From IMG/VR virus record IMGVR_UViG_3300028603_000017, positions 128,001-192,000 of that record: 64,000 nt of DNA; one strand, written 5' to 3'. The notes beneath the pieces were generated by a model. It had not been told where the DNA came from. It saw nothing but the letters and a program-made list of their open reading frames with translations, and did no database searches. The translations under genes were made by a program, and so were the position numbers. The DNA is from a virus (taxonomy: Duplodnaviria > Caudoviricetes). Below, in pieces: positions 11,692 to 21,738 of this stretch. Numbering within the stretch: the first letter of the stretch is position 1; each line of letters begins with the position of its first letter.

Positions 11692-11795
11692 CTAGATAAA
11701 GACTACATACCTTAGTTCGCTATAGAGTCCTAGGGTGTGTAGTTTACTAACCAGGTAGAGATACCTATTTCAATTGAAACAAGGAAAGTTATATA

Positions 11796-12257
11796 ATGAG
11801 CAAGATCAAAGACGAAGTTAGCAGCCTGGCAGAAAAGCTCGGTAAGTCCTTTACCATTGACAAGAGCTCTGGCAAAGCAGAAGTCTCTGGTGATCCCTTC
11901 AAGGAGAACATGCCTGAAGGTATTACAGAAGAGCAAATCAAGTCGGTTGACGATTATCGCTATACTTTCATTGCAGCTACTGGCAAAGCTGTTGGTGAAG
12001 CTGCGGTGGCAGCAATGGCTAGCAATAAAAAGCTAGAAGCTGTTGAAGCTGCCTTCGGTATTGGCAACAAAGCAGAAGTCACTCACGAAGTACTTCGCAC
12101 AAAGACGGTATTTAACCCGTCTACCAAAGAAGAAACCACTAAGTATGGTGCTATGACCACCAAGGTCAAGACCGTACTGGACAATCAAAAGACGGGCCAA
12201 ATTGGTGCTGTTCGTGCATCAATTGGTGAGCTGGCTGTCTCCAAGCTGGCTAAGTAA
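11796..12257 (+). CDS. Hypothetical, probably abundant protein (153 aa)
   Basis: AAGGA RBS, biased codons (CTG, AAG), followed by a strong hairpin. Confidence 0.8.
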   Translation: MSKIKDEVSSLAEKLGKSFTIDKSSGKAEVSGDPFKENMPEGITEEQIKSVDDYRYTFIAATGKAVGEAAVAAMASNKKLEAVEAAFGIGNKAEVTHEVLRTKTVFNPSTKEETTKYGAMTTKVKTVLDNQKTGQIGAVRASIGELAVSKLAK

Positions 12258-12269
12258 GTCTTAAAGCCA

Positions 12270-12314
12270 CATAGGCTACAGTCATGATACCATTACGGTA
12301 TCATGACTGCTATG
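12270..12314 (+). terminator. Stem-loop terminator
   Basis: 13-bp stem CAGTCATGATACC / GGTATCATGACTG with CATA/TATG flanks. Confidence 0.75.
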
Positions 12315-12358
12315 CTGGTAAAACAAATCATTTGAGAGCATAGGGCTCTACTTTTGTC

Positions 12359-12919
12359 TTGTCTTTTATTTTTGTGGTAATGTCCAATATATTAAACGAA
12401 TTACAAAACCCATCCGCTAGGATACCCAATAGCGAGATGATTGACATCAAAAAGGTAAAGGAAGAAATCTTTTTGATAAAGAAGAACTTTGATCAATACC
12501 ACAATAAAGCTTCTGTAGTTAAAACAGCTAGAGAATTCTTTATCGGAACGATTGATAAATATGACTGCAAAGACAGTCATTTAAAGGGACATAGGAATCC
12601 CAATCAAGTTGTAGAACAATATCATTTAAAGCATAAAAACTTTGATGTTGCTCTAACCATTAAAACTTATACACCTGCATCTGTTATCAGTGCTGATGTC
12701 ATGAATGTTAAAAGCATTCAGCAACTCAATCAGTTCATTGAAAAAGCAAAACCTTATTTCGGTCAAGAGTTTATGATTTATATCAGGAACTTTTGCCATA
12801 GCCTTATTACTTCAGCAGTAGACCATAAGTTTGACTGTTATACTGAAGAAGGTGAATTTTCATTTAGGTTTAGCGTACCTACTGCTAAACTCAATGTTGA
12901 GCTACTATTACTCAATTGA
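12359..12919 (+). CDS. Hypothetical protein (likely start ATG 12380)
   Basis: 186-aa ORF ending at a convergent terminator. Confidence 0.7.
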   Translation: MSFIFVVMSNILNELQNPSARIPNSEMIDIKKVKEEIFLIKKNFDQYHNKASVVKTAREFFIGTIDKYDCKDSHLKGHRNPNQVVEQYHLKHKNFDVALTIKTYTPASVISADVMNVKSIQQLNQFIEKAKPYFGQEFMIYIRNFCHSLITSAVDHKFDCYTEEGEFSFRFSVPTAKLNVELLLLN

Positions 12920-12926
12920 CAACATA

Positions 12927-12962
12927 CTCCCACTAGCCATTAGGCTAGTGGGAGCTATGCTG
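12927..12962. repeat. Bidirectional terminator, 36-nt identical copy of 59940-59975
   Basis: CTCCCACTAGCCATTAGGCTAGTGGGAGCTATGCTG occurs at both loci, each between convergent genes. Confidence 0.9.
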
Positions 12963-12974
12963 CTTATTTATTTT

Positions 12975-14654
12975 TTATGCTTCGTAAATAGGCATACCAG
13001 AAGTACCTAGGAGGACATCACCTGCTGGTGTTCTTTGAATCCACTCAATGAATAGAGTATCGTTGATAGTAAGACCGCTAGCAATAGTCAATAAGTCATT
13101 CCAAGCAGATACTGGGAATTCATAGCGAGCACTACCTACCACAATAGCAAAGAAGTTAGGCGTAGGTGCCTTGATTTCTCGCTTATTGTCGTATAGAGGT
13201 TTGGTATTGAAATACAGACGCTCTAACCACTCGTTAAGAGAAGTAGCACCTGTTCTTAAATTAATACGTGTAGCAGTAGCTGATAAGAGAGTTACTCTAG
13301 CAGCAATGTCTACACCATACGGATTAACTTGTGTAGGATCAAATTTAATGGTCCAGTTAGTAGTTCTAGCAGTACCAGGCTCTTTAAGCAATACATCCAC
13401 ATTCTGAATATAGATATATGAGCTAAAGGACGGAGATACATCTCTTAGATTGACTCTAACACTCAGAGGCTGTGTAACACCTAAGGTAGTGCCATTAAAG
13501 GACTGAGATGGTGAATTGTAAGAAATGAACGGAGTTACATCAAAAGATATATCTCTATCCAGATTATACATAAACCAACGCAGAGAATATCCTGTTACTT
13601 CATCTACCCATTCAGGATAACAGAACAGCTTAACAGAGAAAGCACCTACTTGGTTGGTAGTCACTAGTTTATAGGGAGCTACAACAAACTTACCATCACC
13701 AGATACAGCACCATAAGCTGTTTCATTAGAATCTAGCGTATAAGATAAGACCAAATTAACTTGCTGACCTACTACGGTAGCTACATATCTTTCTAAACCT
13801 AAGATCTTAAACTTAGAATTATCTACAGGCATCTCTAGTTTAGTGCCATCAGAGTAATGGACTACACCTGTCATATTAAACGCTTGTAGCGGAATATTGA
13901 TAGGATACTCTAGGGTATTAGAATCAGTTTGTGACAGGAATGGTGACTTCAGAGAAATATGGGAAACATATTTCTGAGAAACATTGACACTCCTGATGAA
14001 AGAGGTATTTTCTACCAATAGTTGTTGTTTAGAGACAACATGTCCTTCATCATCATAAATAACTGCTGTAACAACTTCGTTGTCTGGTAGTTGTTGGTTG
14101 GTATAAGCTACCGACACTGTCTTGATAGAGTAGTTCGTATGTGAATCTATGGCTACTAACTCTAGTGGAATATTCTGAGTTAAGAATGTACCATTTTGAT
14201 CATATAAGAACGCAATGACTTCACCAGCTGTAGATAAAGTAGAGCCTCTGAAGATCTTACAGTAACTAGCCATTGTACCAGCTACTCTTAGACGTGTGTC
14301 TACAGCCAACACATGAGGCGTTACAGAAGTATCTAGATAGATACGGTAAGTATCGGCTTGTGTGCCAGGTCCTACACCTACGAGTCTGTCAGTAATAGAA
14401 ATATTACCGGATGATCCAGGCCTGGTAATAGGCAGCAGCGTAGGTATTAGTGTAACTTCATCTATTGCTGAAACAATATAAGTAATGAAATCTTCTGTAT
14501 CTTCTACGTAATCGCCTATCTTAGGAACATACCTTTTGTAGCCTACCGTACCGTCATAAATTTCTTTAAGATTCCACCAGCACCATCTGGCTGTTGGATC
14601 ATATACTGGAACTATGCCGTCGGTTCCAGTAATACCTGCTGTTGATATTGGCAT
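12975..14654 (-). CDS. Virion structural (baseplate/tail) protein, phiKZ gp26-like
   Basis: 559-aa beta-rich ORF in the operon divergent from the sheath gene. Confidence 0.65.
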   Translation of the reverse strand: MPISTAGITGTDGIVPVYDPTARWCWWNLKEIYDGTVGYKRYVPKIGDYVEDTEDFITYIVSAIDEVTLIPTLLPITRPGSSGNISITDRLVGVGPGTQADTYRIYLDTSVTPHVLAVDTRLRVAGTMASYCKIFRGSTLSTAGEVIAFLYDQNGTFLTQNIPLELVAIDSHTNYSIKTVSVAYTNQQLPDNEVVTAVIYDDEGHVVSKQQLLVENTSFIRSVNVSQKYVSHISLKSPFLSQTDSNTLEYPINIPLQAFNMTGVVHYSDGTKLEMPVDNSKFKILGLERYVATVVGQQVNLVLSYTLDSNETAYGAVSGDGKFVVAPYKLVTTNQVGAFSVKLFCYPEWVDEVTGYSLRWFMYNLDRDISFDVTPFISYNSPSQSFNGTTLGVTQPLSVRVNLRDVSPSFSSYIYIQNVDVLLKEPGTARTTNWTIKFDPTQVNPYGVDIAARVTLLSATATRINLRTGATSLNEWLERLYFNTKPLYDNKREIKAPTPNFFAIVVGSARYEFPVSAWNDLLTIASGLTINDTLFIEWIQRTPAGDVLLGTSGMPIYEA

Positions 14655-14667
14655 TTTATTTCCCGAA

Positions 14668-17250
14668 TTAAGCTATTATGAGAAATGGTGATAGCGATAC
14701 CAGTCCTCTGGTATAAGTTCTATTGATCAAATCAATAAACCGATACGTATTAAGAGGAACACCTAATACCACGCTATACGCATGTGGATGAATGATCACA
14801 TAACGATCATCTACTGCTTGTTCTTCCTGAGTAGGATCAAACTTAAGCAGATATTCATATTGTTTACAGATTCTAAGTGCTTCAGCTTTATTGTGGATTT
14901 TATCCTCAATAATCAATACTGAGTTGACTAAATCGTGCAATATCTTAGCTATAAAAGGAGAATAGATAGGGTATCTATTTTCAATAGCTGTAGGAGCAGG
15001 TCTGGGAGGCTGAGGTATTTTCTTAGATAAATAATCCGATACGATATTATCAATCTCTACAGACTTATTCCTAAGTGTATAAGTATCATCTACAGCAATG
15101 CCTCTTAGAGGAACAACAATGTCCTTAATCTGATAAGGTTTACCATTTAGAGGATCTAATGTTGATACACCAGAGTGAAATTCAGAAAAAACTAAATCAT
15201 CTCTGGTCTTTAAATCACCATCCATTGTAATTCTAAGCACCTTATCATCTCTGATGTTGTATCTGTAGTTATTTGATAAAACACCATGCTCCACAAAACC
15301 TACATCATTGATTTCATTGAGCTGTAGCTCTTTAGTACAAAAACCAGTAAACCTGACATGAACATCCTGAGCTTCATTCAAAGGATCAATAAGGTATTCT
15401 TTATTATTGATAATGATTTCAGGAAACTGTAGTACATAGTCGAGATTTCTGATCAGAGACTTACCATTAAGAAACACATCTATTTCTCCCATAGGCACTT
15501 GCATGACCCAGTTCGATATAGTGTTATTTCTATTTTGTAAATGATTGAGCGTTAGTTTTAATTGACCGCCTTCAAAAGATACTTGAGTATCATAAGCTAG
15601 AAAATGGGAATTAAATCTAACCATTGGATAATTGGTAGGATTTTCATCTAACCAATGAATTCTACCATTATCTAAAGAATACTTGCCTTCAGCTTCAGTA
15701 ATATCAATGAAGTTATTATCAGGAGAGCCAGCTACTCTTTTGCACTGATATACTCTAAAGTCATATTCTCTCACATAAGGTGTTGATGTAAAGCCGTATG
15801 TCTCATTGAGAATATTTCCACCTTTACCACCAATGAATTCAACCAAGGCAGCATCTTGGCTAGCGCACATGTATCTAGTGCCGTGTGAGTGAAAGTGCCA
15901 TCCAATCATCTTACCATTGGTGTCATACTCGTAAGCTGTACATCCCTTTTGCAACACATATGGAACATTAGCTGCTTTTAAGCCTGAAAAGATGTAAGTT
16001 TCACTAGGTGTATTACCAGAGATAAAACTAATACCATTATACCCGTAACCGTCTTGCACCATTGTTCTGGTAATACTGTTAGAGGTAGAACGCATGATTC
16101 TGGTATAGTCTGAATTCTCTAGAACCTCAGCTCTCCAGTTAGATACAGTCGAGTCAATACCTAACATAGCTTTGGCTATGTCTTCATCTTGCATTCTATA
16201 CAGTTCATGAATTCTATTATTCTCGTAAATCAAAGACCTTTGATAGCCTGATTTACGGATATGTAGTCTTAAATAAATCTGATCAGATGTAATAACTTCA
16301 CCAGCTTGAGCTAAAGACTGAAGTTTAGACATATATCTAACCACATATTGAACTACAGCAGAGTAGTCTCTATGGGTTAAATTCCTAAAAGAATCTGCAT
16401 TGTTCTTATGATAGAATAATCCTGAGTGTCTATCAGAGCCTTCATCTTTTAATACAAAGACATCGATATCGTCTTGATAATCAATAGTTCCATTATCCTC
16501 ACCAGCATAATGGAGCATGTATTTTCTTTTAGCGTCTAAGATAGATTCAAAGGTTAAAAGATCGGATACTAAGAAATCAACAACTTTATAAATAGATGAA
16601 TCATAAACAAATTCAGCTGTATCACCAACAGCAACATTAACCAGATCAATCTTATCGACTTTTAGTCCATTTACAAAAGCATAAGTCTGACCTTCTAGTG
16701 CTGTGTAGTCATCATAATCTGATTGTAAATCCAATATGTCTTGGGTAGAAGTTATTTTTGTACCTTTGACAAATATAAAGTCATCTGTATTATGAGCTCT
16801 TTCAGTGACGAAATATTCATTAGAATAAAGTCTTAAATAAATATTATCTTCGTTAAACCTAAAAGGTATATTGTCGTTTCTTTTGATAGCTACCAATAGG
16901 TTTCTATTTTGAGTATAGCAATAAAAAGATTCAAAGCGAGGTAGCTGAACACCATCTACATTGTAAATATCACAAACAAGCTTTTGGATATTGCAAGCTG
17001 ACTCAAAACTCATCCATTCACCAACCTTAGGATAAAGTCCTAAAATGAGAGGATGGATCTGACCTATTTGAAATAAATGCCAAGTAGAGTTTTGGTCTGG
17101 TAAAGCCATATAGTTCCAAAGAACCTTAAATTGTTTCTTGGCTCCACCGTATGGTGTTATCTTAGCTAACTCAAATATAGCTTGAGTATCTTGATCAGGT
17201 GTGCACCAAACATTTTTTAGTGCGTGATCTCGTAAAAAATCATAGGCCAC
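14668..17250 (-). CDS. Virion structural protein, phiKZ gp27-like
   Basis: 860 aa, N-terminus ...ALKNVWCTPDQD; synteny. Confidence 0.65.
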   Translation of the reverse strand: MAYDFLRDHALKNVWCTPDQDTQAIFELAKITPYGGAKKQFKVLWNYMALPDQNSTWHLFQIGQIHPLILGLYPKVGEWMSFESACNIQKLVCDIYNVDGVQLPRFESFYCYTQNRNLLVAIKRNDNIPFRFNEDNIYLRLYSNEYFVTERAHNTDDFIFVKGTKITSTQDILDLQSDYDDYTALEGQTYAFVNGLKVDKIDLVNVAVGDTAEFVYDSSIYKVVDFLVSDLLTFESILDAKRKYMLHYAGEDNGTIDYQDDIDVFVLKDEGSDRHSGLFYHKNNADSFRNLTHRDYSAVVQYVVRYMSKLQSLAQAGEVITSDQIYLRLHIRKSGYQRSLIYENNRIHELYRMQDEDIAKAMLGIDSTVSNWRAEVLENSDYTRIMRSTSNSITRTMVQDGYGYNGISFISGNTPSETYIFSGLKAANVPYVLQKGCTAYEYDTNGKMIGWHFHSHGTRYMCASQDAALVEFIGGKGGNILNETYGFTSTPYVREYDFRVYQCKRVAGSPDNNFIDITEAEGKYSLDNGRIHWLDENPTNYPMVRFNSHFLAYDTQVSFEGGQLKLTLNHLQNRNNTISNWVMQVPMGEIDVFLNGKSLIRNLDYVLQFPEIIINNKEYLIDPLNEAQDVHVRFTGFCTKELQLNEINDVGFVEHGVLSNNYRYNIRDDKVLRITMDGDLKTRDDLVFSEFHSGVSTLDPLNGKPYQIKDIVVPLRGIAVDDTYTLRNKSVEIDNIVSDYLSKKIPQPPRPAPTAIENRYPIYSPFIAKILHDLVNSVLIIEDKIHNKAEALRICKQYEYLLKFDPTQEEQAVDDRYVIIHPHAYSVVLGVPLNTYRFIDLINRTYTRGLVSLSPFLIIA

Positions 17251-17256
17251 AGCTTA

Positions 17257-18213
17257 TCAGTCCTCGTTAATTAGTGATACCAAAGATCTGACAAAATCGT
17301 TTTCTCCCTTAGAACCTAGGTATCTGTAGGCTATTTTAGAGATAACAGTATTTTTGTAAGACTTCTCAGTAAATGCAGCATATACCAAAGCTATCCAGGT
17401 AGGAGGATGCTCCAGAGCAACGGCGATCATCTCTCTAGCATTAGTACCAAACCAACTGGCAATTAGCAAGTTAACCAAAATACCTTCTTCGAAAGCTTGT
17501 AGTCTGTTGTTCTCAGTAATTTCTTTAACTTGAGCACAAAAGTCTTTAATACCAGTCATAGGAGCTATTTTAGAAAAGACTTCTTCTACCAATATAGCTG
17601 GAAATCTTAAAGACTTCATGGTTGAGGCTGTTAGTCTATTAACCTCACCACTATCGAGTTCCTCTCTAGGAATAAATAAAGAATAGTAGTAATAGCAAGC
17701 TATAATAGCAATAATGGCTTGATCTCTAGCAGATAGTCCAAAGCGTTTAGAGACAGATTCAGATATCCAATGAGCAAATACTGCCATAGGTACAAATGAA
17801 ATCTCTCTTAGAGTTAAAGGATTTTTATCAATCCAAATAAGATTGGTAGCCATTCTAAGCTTGGCTAGAGATAGCTCCATCCTGTTTCTGATCCTAAGAG
17901 CTTCATCTGTGATATCTTGATTCATCGCATTTTTATTATAAATGGCGAACGGTCTAATATCTATACATAAAGCTTTTTCATCCCTTTCAGCCAAATCTAC
18001 TAAAATAGGATGATTGAAAAAAGGTATCTGAGCTTCTGAATCAGTCTGACCTGCTACAAACCAAGGAATGGTTTTATAATCATTTTCTTGAATAAGACCA
18101 TAAGTGTGGTGAAAAGCTCCATCTCTGATAGCAGATTCTTGGATAGCTTTGATCACTTTATGCATCTGAAAAGACTTACCTACGGTAGTATCGTACGCTG
18201 TGCGGTAGAACAT
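17257..18213 (-). CDS. Virion structural protein, phiKZ gp28-like
   Basis: 318 aa, MFYRTAYDTT...ALEHPPTW; synteny. Confidence 0.62.
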   Translation of the reverse strand: MFYRTAYDTTVGKSFQMHKVIKAIQESAIRDGAFHHTYGLIQENDYKTIPWFVAGQTDSEAQIPFFNHPILVDLAERDEKALCIDIRPFAIYNKNAMNQDITDEALRIRNRMELSLAKLRMATNLIWIDKNPLTLREISFVPMAVFAHWISESVSKRFGLSARDQAIIAIIACYYYYSLFIPREELDSGEVNRLTASTMKSLRFPAILVEEVFSKIAPMTGIKDFCAQVKEITENNRLQAFEEGILVNLLIASWFGTNAREMIAVALEHPPTWIALVYAAFTEKSYKNTVISKIAYRYLGSKGENDFVRSLVSLINED

Positions 18214-18548
18214 TAGTATTTCTCTTTTCTTAAAATTACAAAAAATATTTACAGTTTTAATGATATTTAATGGCTGAATTCTTATTCTATGTTATCTTAT
18301 AAGACTTCAAAGGTGACACTTTTATTATTCATGTCTTAAAAGTAAACTGTAAATTTATATAGAGAGTTATTTGCTCTTATTAACAATATCTAGTGATATA
18401 AGCAAAAACTAATCACATAATTTTGTTAAATCTATTCGAATACTAGTTTTCTAGGGATTTGAGTCAAGATAATAAGGCAAGCAAATAATTGCTCTGATAT
18501 GGATGACTCAGATCCTGGACTTCATTTCTTTTATTGCAAGGAAATAAC

Positions 18549-20672
18549 ATGACCGCGACTACAATCGTTAATGCGGCTCCGATGATTATTCAAAGAGGTA
18601 CTCAGGATCTGAGTACGCGGCAAGTATCACGAGAGCCTGAAGCGATCCCTACTCACCTACCTAAAGCTTATATCTATGCCCAAAAGGGTCTGACTACTCC
18701 TCAGCTGGTGGTCGGTGGTTCTCTGGTTTCTATGTATGGTGCTGATACTTTTGACGAACGTCTTCAGTATGCAAACCATGCGACTGTGATGGTTAATATC
18801 ATCAACGCTGAAGGCAATGCTCAAATGGTAGAACGTATTGTACCTGCGGATGCAAATCCCGCAGCCAATATGCTGCTATCTCTGGATATCCTGCCTACCA
18901 AGGTAATTGATTATCAGCGTAACTCGGACGGCAGTATTGCTACTGACGTTAATGGTGATCCTATTCCTCTGTTAGATGGAAATGATGATCCTATTGAGAT
19001 AGACGGCTACAAGATGAAGTGGGTAGTTTCTAACTACTCCGACCAAACCGGTGAAGACAACTTTGGTCTAATGACCGTTGTAGCTGGTGATCAAAGTGAT
19101 GGTGGCACTCAATCTCAACGCTATCCTATCCTACAGTTTAAAGCCAGCTCTCAAGGCGCTTGGGGTAATAACGTAGGTTTCCGTATGTGGGCTCCTACCA
19201 AGCAAACTGGTTTTGGTATCTCAGATCGTCTGCTGGCTGAAGAGAAGGTTTATCCTTATCGCGTCTCTGTGATTACTCGCACTAATGAATTCACGACTCC
19301 TAAGGTTGTCGAAAACCTCTATGGCGAGCAATCTGTTGAAGTTGCTCTAAAGAGTGGCGTTATTGATCCTGCTACTGATAAGGAGCTGTTCATTGGTGAG
19401 CACTTCCTGTCTTACTACCAGAACTTTACGGATGTGAACTATCCTCCTCTGGTTGGTGATATCGGTGAGATCTACGTTTACGAAAACAATATTGCTACTG
19501 TTCAAGCGATGCTGTATGCTGCTGAATGGGATTATATTGAAGCTAGCTCTACACCTGGTGATATCCAAGAAGACTTCACAGGTGCTGATGATGAAGAGTA
19601 TCTTTACAACATCGTCTCTGGTGTAGCCAGCTCTGGCTATCCTTACCATACTCTGGCGTGGGACACTACTGCTGGCGCTGTGGCTATGGGTGTGAGTACC
19701 AACATATTCCTCAATGGTGGCTCTGATGGTACCATGAACGATACTGACTTTGCTGCTTCTGTATCTGAGCGTGTTGCTGAATATAATAATGTTAACAGCG
19801 AGTTGCTTGATATTGCTCAGAATGTGGAATCTGTGATCTATGACTCTGGCTTCCCGCTAGAGACTAAGTACGATCTACTGAACTTCATCGCTATCCGTAA
19901 AGACACTTTCGTCAACCTAGGTACACACACGGTTGGTGAACGTCAGATGACCGCCAGTGAAGAAAACGCTACTGCTATTGCTTTACGTACTCGCGCACAG
20001 CTGTTCCCAGAATCTGATTACTTCGGCACGCCTGTTTGCCGAGCTATGATCATGGGTCGCAGTGGTGTACTGCGTAGTCGTCAGTACAAGCAGCGTGTTC
20101 CTGCTACCTTTGAGATTGCTCAAAAGTCAGCTCGCTACATGGGTGCTGGTAATGGTCGCTGGAAGAATGGTTTTAACTTTGATGGTGGTCCTGGTCACAT
20201 CGTTGAATCTCTAAAGGACATCAACGTGGTTTATACACCTGCTGCTGCACGTAACCGTGATTGGGATGCAGGTCTGAACTGGATTATCCGTTATGACCGC
20301 TCTAGCCTGTGCATTCCTAGTCTACAGACTGTTTACAGCAATGATACTTCAGTGCTGAATAACTATCTGACTGCTATGGCTATTTGTGAGATCAATAAGG
20401 TAACGGATCGTGCATGGCGTTACTTCACAGGTGTCTCTAACCTGACCAACGCACAGTTGGCTGAGCGTGTAGATAACTTCATCTTAGAGCGTCTGAATGG
20501 TCGCTTTGATGGTCGGTTCATCTTTGACTCTGTCACTTCGTTCACTCAAGCTGACCTTGAGCGCGGTTACAGCTGGACTACCGCTGTTAAGATCTGGGCA
20601 GCGAATATGAAGACTGTAATGACCACGTACGTTCAATCTTACCGTCTGGACGACTACGAGGCAACCGCTTAA
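18549..20672 (+). CDS. Contractile tail sheath protein (phiKZ gp29-like)
   Basis: About 707 aa from the ATG after an AAGGA RBS; PTHLP, FLNGGSDG, YDSGF and PESDYFGTPVCRA; followed by the tube gene. Confidence 0.88.
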   Translation: MTATTIVNAAPMIIQRGTQDLSTRQVSREPEAIPTHLPKAYIYAQKGLTTPQLVVGGSLVSMYGADTFDERLQYANHATVMVNIINAEGNAQMVERIVPADANPAANMLLSLDILPTKVIDYQRNSDGSIATDVNGDPIPLLDGNDDPIEIDGYKMKWVVSNYSDQTGEDNFGLMTVVAGDQSDGGTQSQRYPILQFKASSQGAWGNNVGFRMWAPTKQTGFGISDRLLAEEKVYPYRVSVITRTNEFTTPKVVENLYGEQSVEVALKSGVIDPATDKELFIGEHFLSYYQNFTDVNYPPLVGDIGEIYVYENNIATVQAMLYAAEWDYIEASSTPGDIQEDFTGADDEEYLYNIVSGVASSGYPYHTLAWDTTAGAVAMGVSTNIFLNGGSDGTMNDTDFAASVSERVAEYNNVNSELLDIAQNVESVIYDSGFPLETKYDLLNFIAIRKDTFVNLGTHTVGERQMTASEENATAIALRTRAQLFPESDYFGTPVCRAMIMGRSGVLRSRQYKQRVPATFEIAQKSARYMGAGNGRWKNGFNFDGGPGHIVESLKDINVVYTPAAARNRDWDAGLNWIIRYDRSSLCIPSLQTVYSNDTSVLNNYLTAMAICEINKVTDRAWRYFTGVSNLTNAQLAERVDNFILERLNGRFDGRFIFDSVTSFTQADLERGYSWTTAVKIWAANMKTVMTTYVQSYRLDDYEATA

Positions 20673-20733
20673 TTAATGACTAGGGACTACGGTCCCTGGT
20701 CTAATGATTAATTTTCTCAAGGATATAACAATC

Positions 20734-21609
20734 ATGGCTACACGCGTCACCGAAGCACTGCTAGAAGGTCGTGCATTTTCTCGTGGCACCACACAACCTA
20801 TGCTGGACCCCTCATATGGTGGTCAGATGGGTTACTCTCCTGATCTGAGAGAATGGGTGTCTAACGCCAATTACGTTCGTCGTAACGTATTTGGTCTACT
20901 GCTAGAAGCTCCTAAGGCTTTTAGTCGTCTAACTGATAAGAACCCTGATATCTGGGTACGCGCTTTGCGAGCTCTCGTAGAGCTGCATCCCCGCAGTATC
21001 GAGGGTCTGAACGCAGGTCTGACTGTTGAGACCGCTGAAACCCCTGTGGGTGGTGGTGGTGAGCAACAAGAAGAATTCGTTAACGTTACTCGTGCTCGCT
21101 CTACGCCTACTTTTACGTGGGATGAGAAGTACGGTATGCCTATCCAGACGTTCCTCTATAACTGGATTACTTACGCACTGATGGATCCTGAATCTAAGGT
21201 GGCTAACGTAGGTACTCTAGCGAGCGGTTGGCCTGACGATATGCTACCGGACCAGTACGCAATGACGATGATCTTCATTGAACCTGATCCTACACACCGT
21301 AAGGTTGTTAAGAGTTGGCTATGCACCAATATGTTCCCTAAGGGTACTGGTGATATCATTGGATCGCGTGATCTGACTTCTGCTTTGAATCTGCAACAGA
21401 TCAATGTGGAATTCACCGCTCTGACTCAGTTTGGTCTGGGTGTTAACCAGCTGGCTCAACGTCTGTTGGATCAAATTAACATCACCAATGCTAACCCCTA
21501 CTTCCGTCCTGCTTTCGCTCAAGAAATCAGTGCAGACGTGGCTGCTGCTACCGCTACCGGCTACGAAGCAAAGGTGGAAGACCTGGGCAATACTGCTATT
21601 TCTGCTTAA
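20734..21609 (+). CDS. Tail tube protein (phiKZ gp30-like)
   Basis: About 291 aa immediately after the sheath; EPDPTHRKVVKSWLCTNMFPK. Confidence 0.82.
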   Translation: MATRVTEALLEGRAFSRGTTQPMLDPSYGGQMGYSPDLREWVSNANYVRRNVFGLLLEAPKAFSRLTDKNPDIWVRALRALVELHPRSIEGLNAGLTVETAETPVGGGGEQQEEFVNVTRARSTPTFTWDEKYGMPIQTFLYNWITYALMDPESKVANVGTLASGWPDDMLPDQYAMTMIFIEPDPTHRKVVKSWLCTNMFPKGTGDIIGSRDLTSALNLQQINVEFTALTQFGLGVNQLAQRLLDQINITNANPYFRPAFAQEISADVAAATATGYEAKVEDLGNTAISA

Positions 21610-21615
21610 ATAGTA

Positions 21616-21665
21616 GACATATCCTATACTCTAGAGTATTATCTCTAGAGTATAGGACTTATGTC
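21616..21665 (+). terminator. Stem-loop terminator
   Basis: GACATA-TCCTATACTCTAGAG...CTCTAGAGTATAGGA-CT-TATGTC. Confidence 0.75.
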
Positions 21666-21738
21666 GTTATATTTAAAAAAGTATATTAAATAAATATAAT
21701 ATTGATATTACATATTTTTGTAAATAAGGAAAATTACA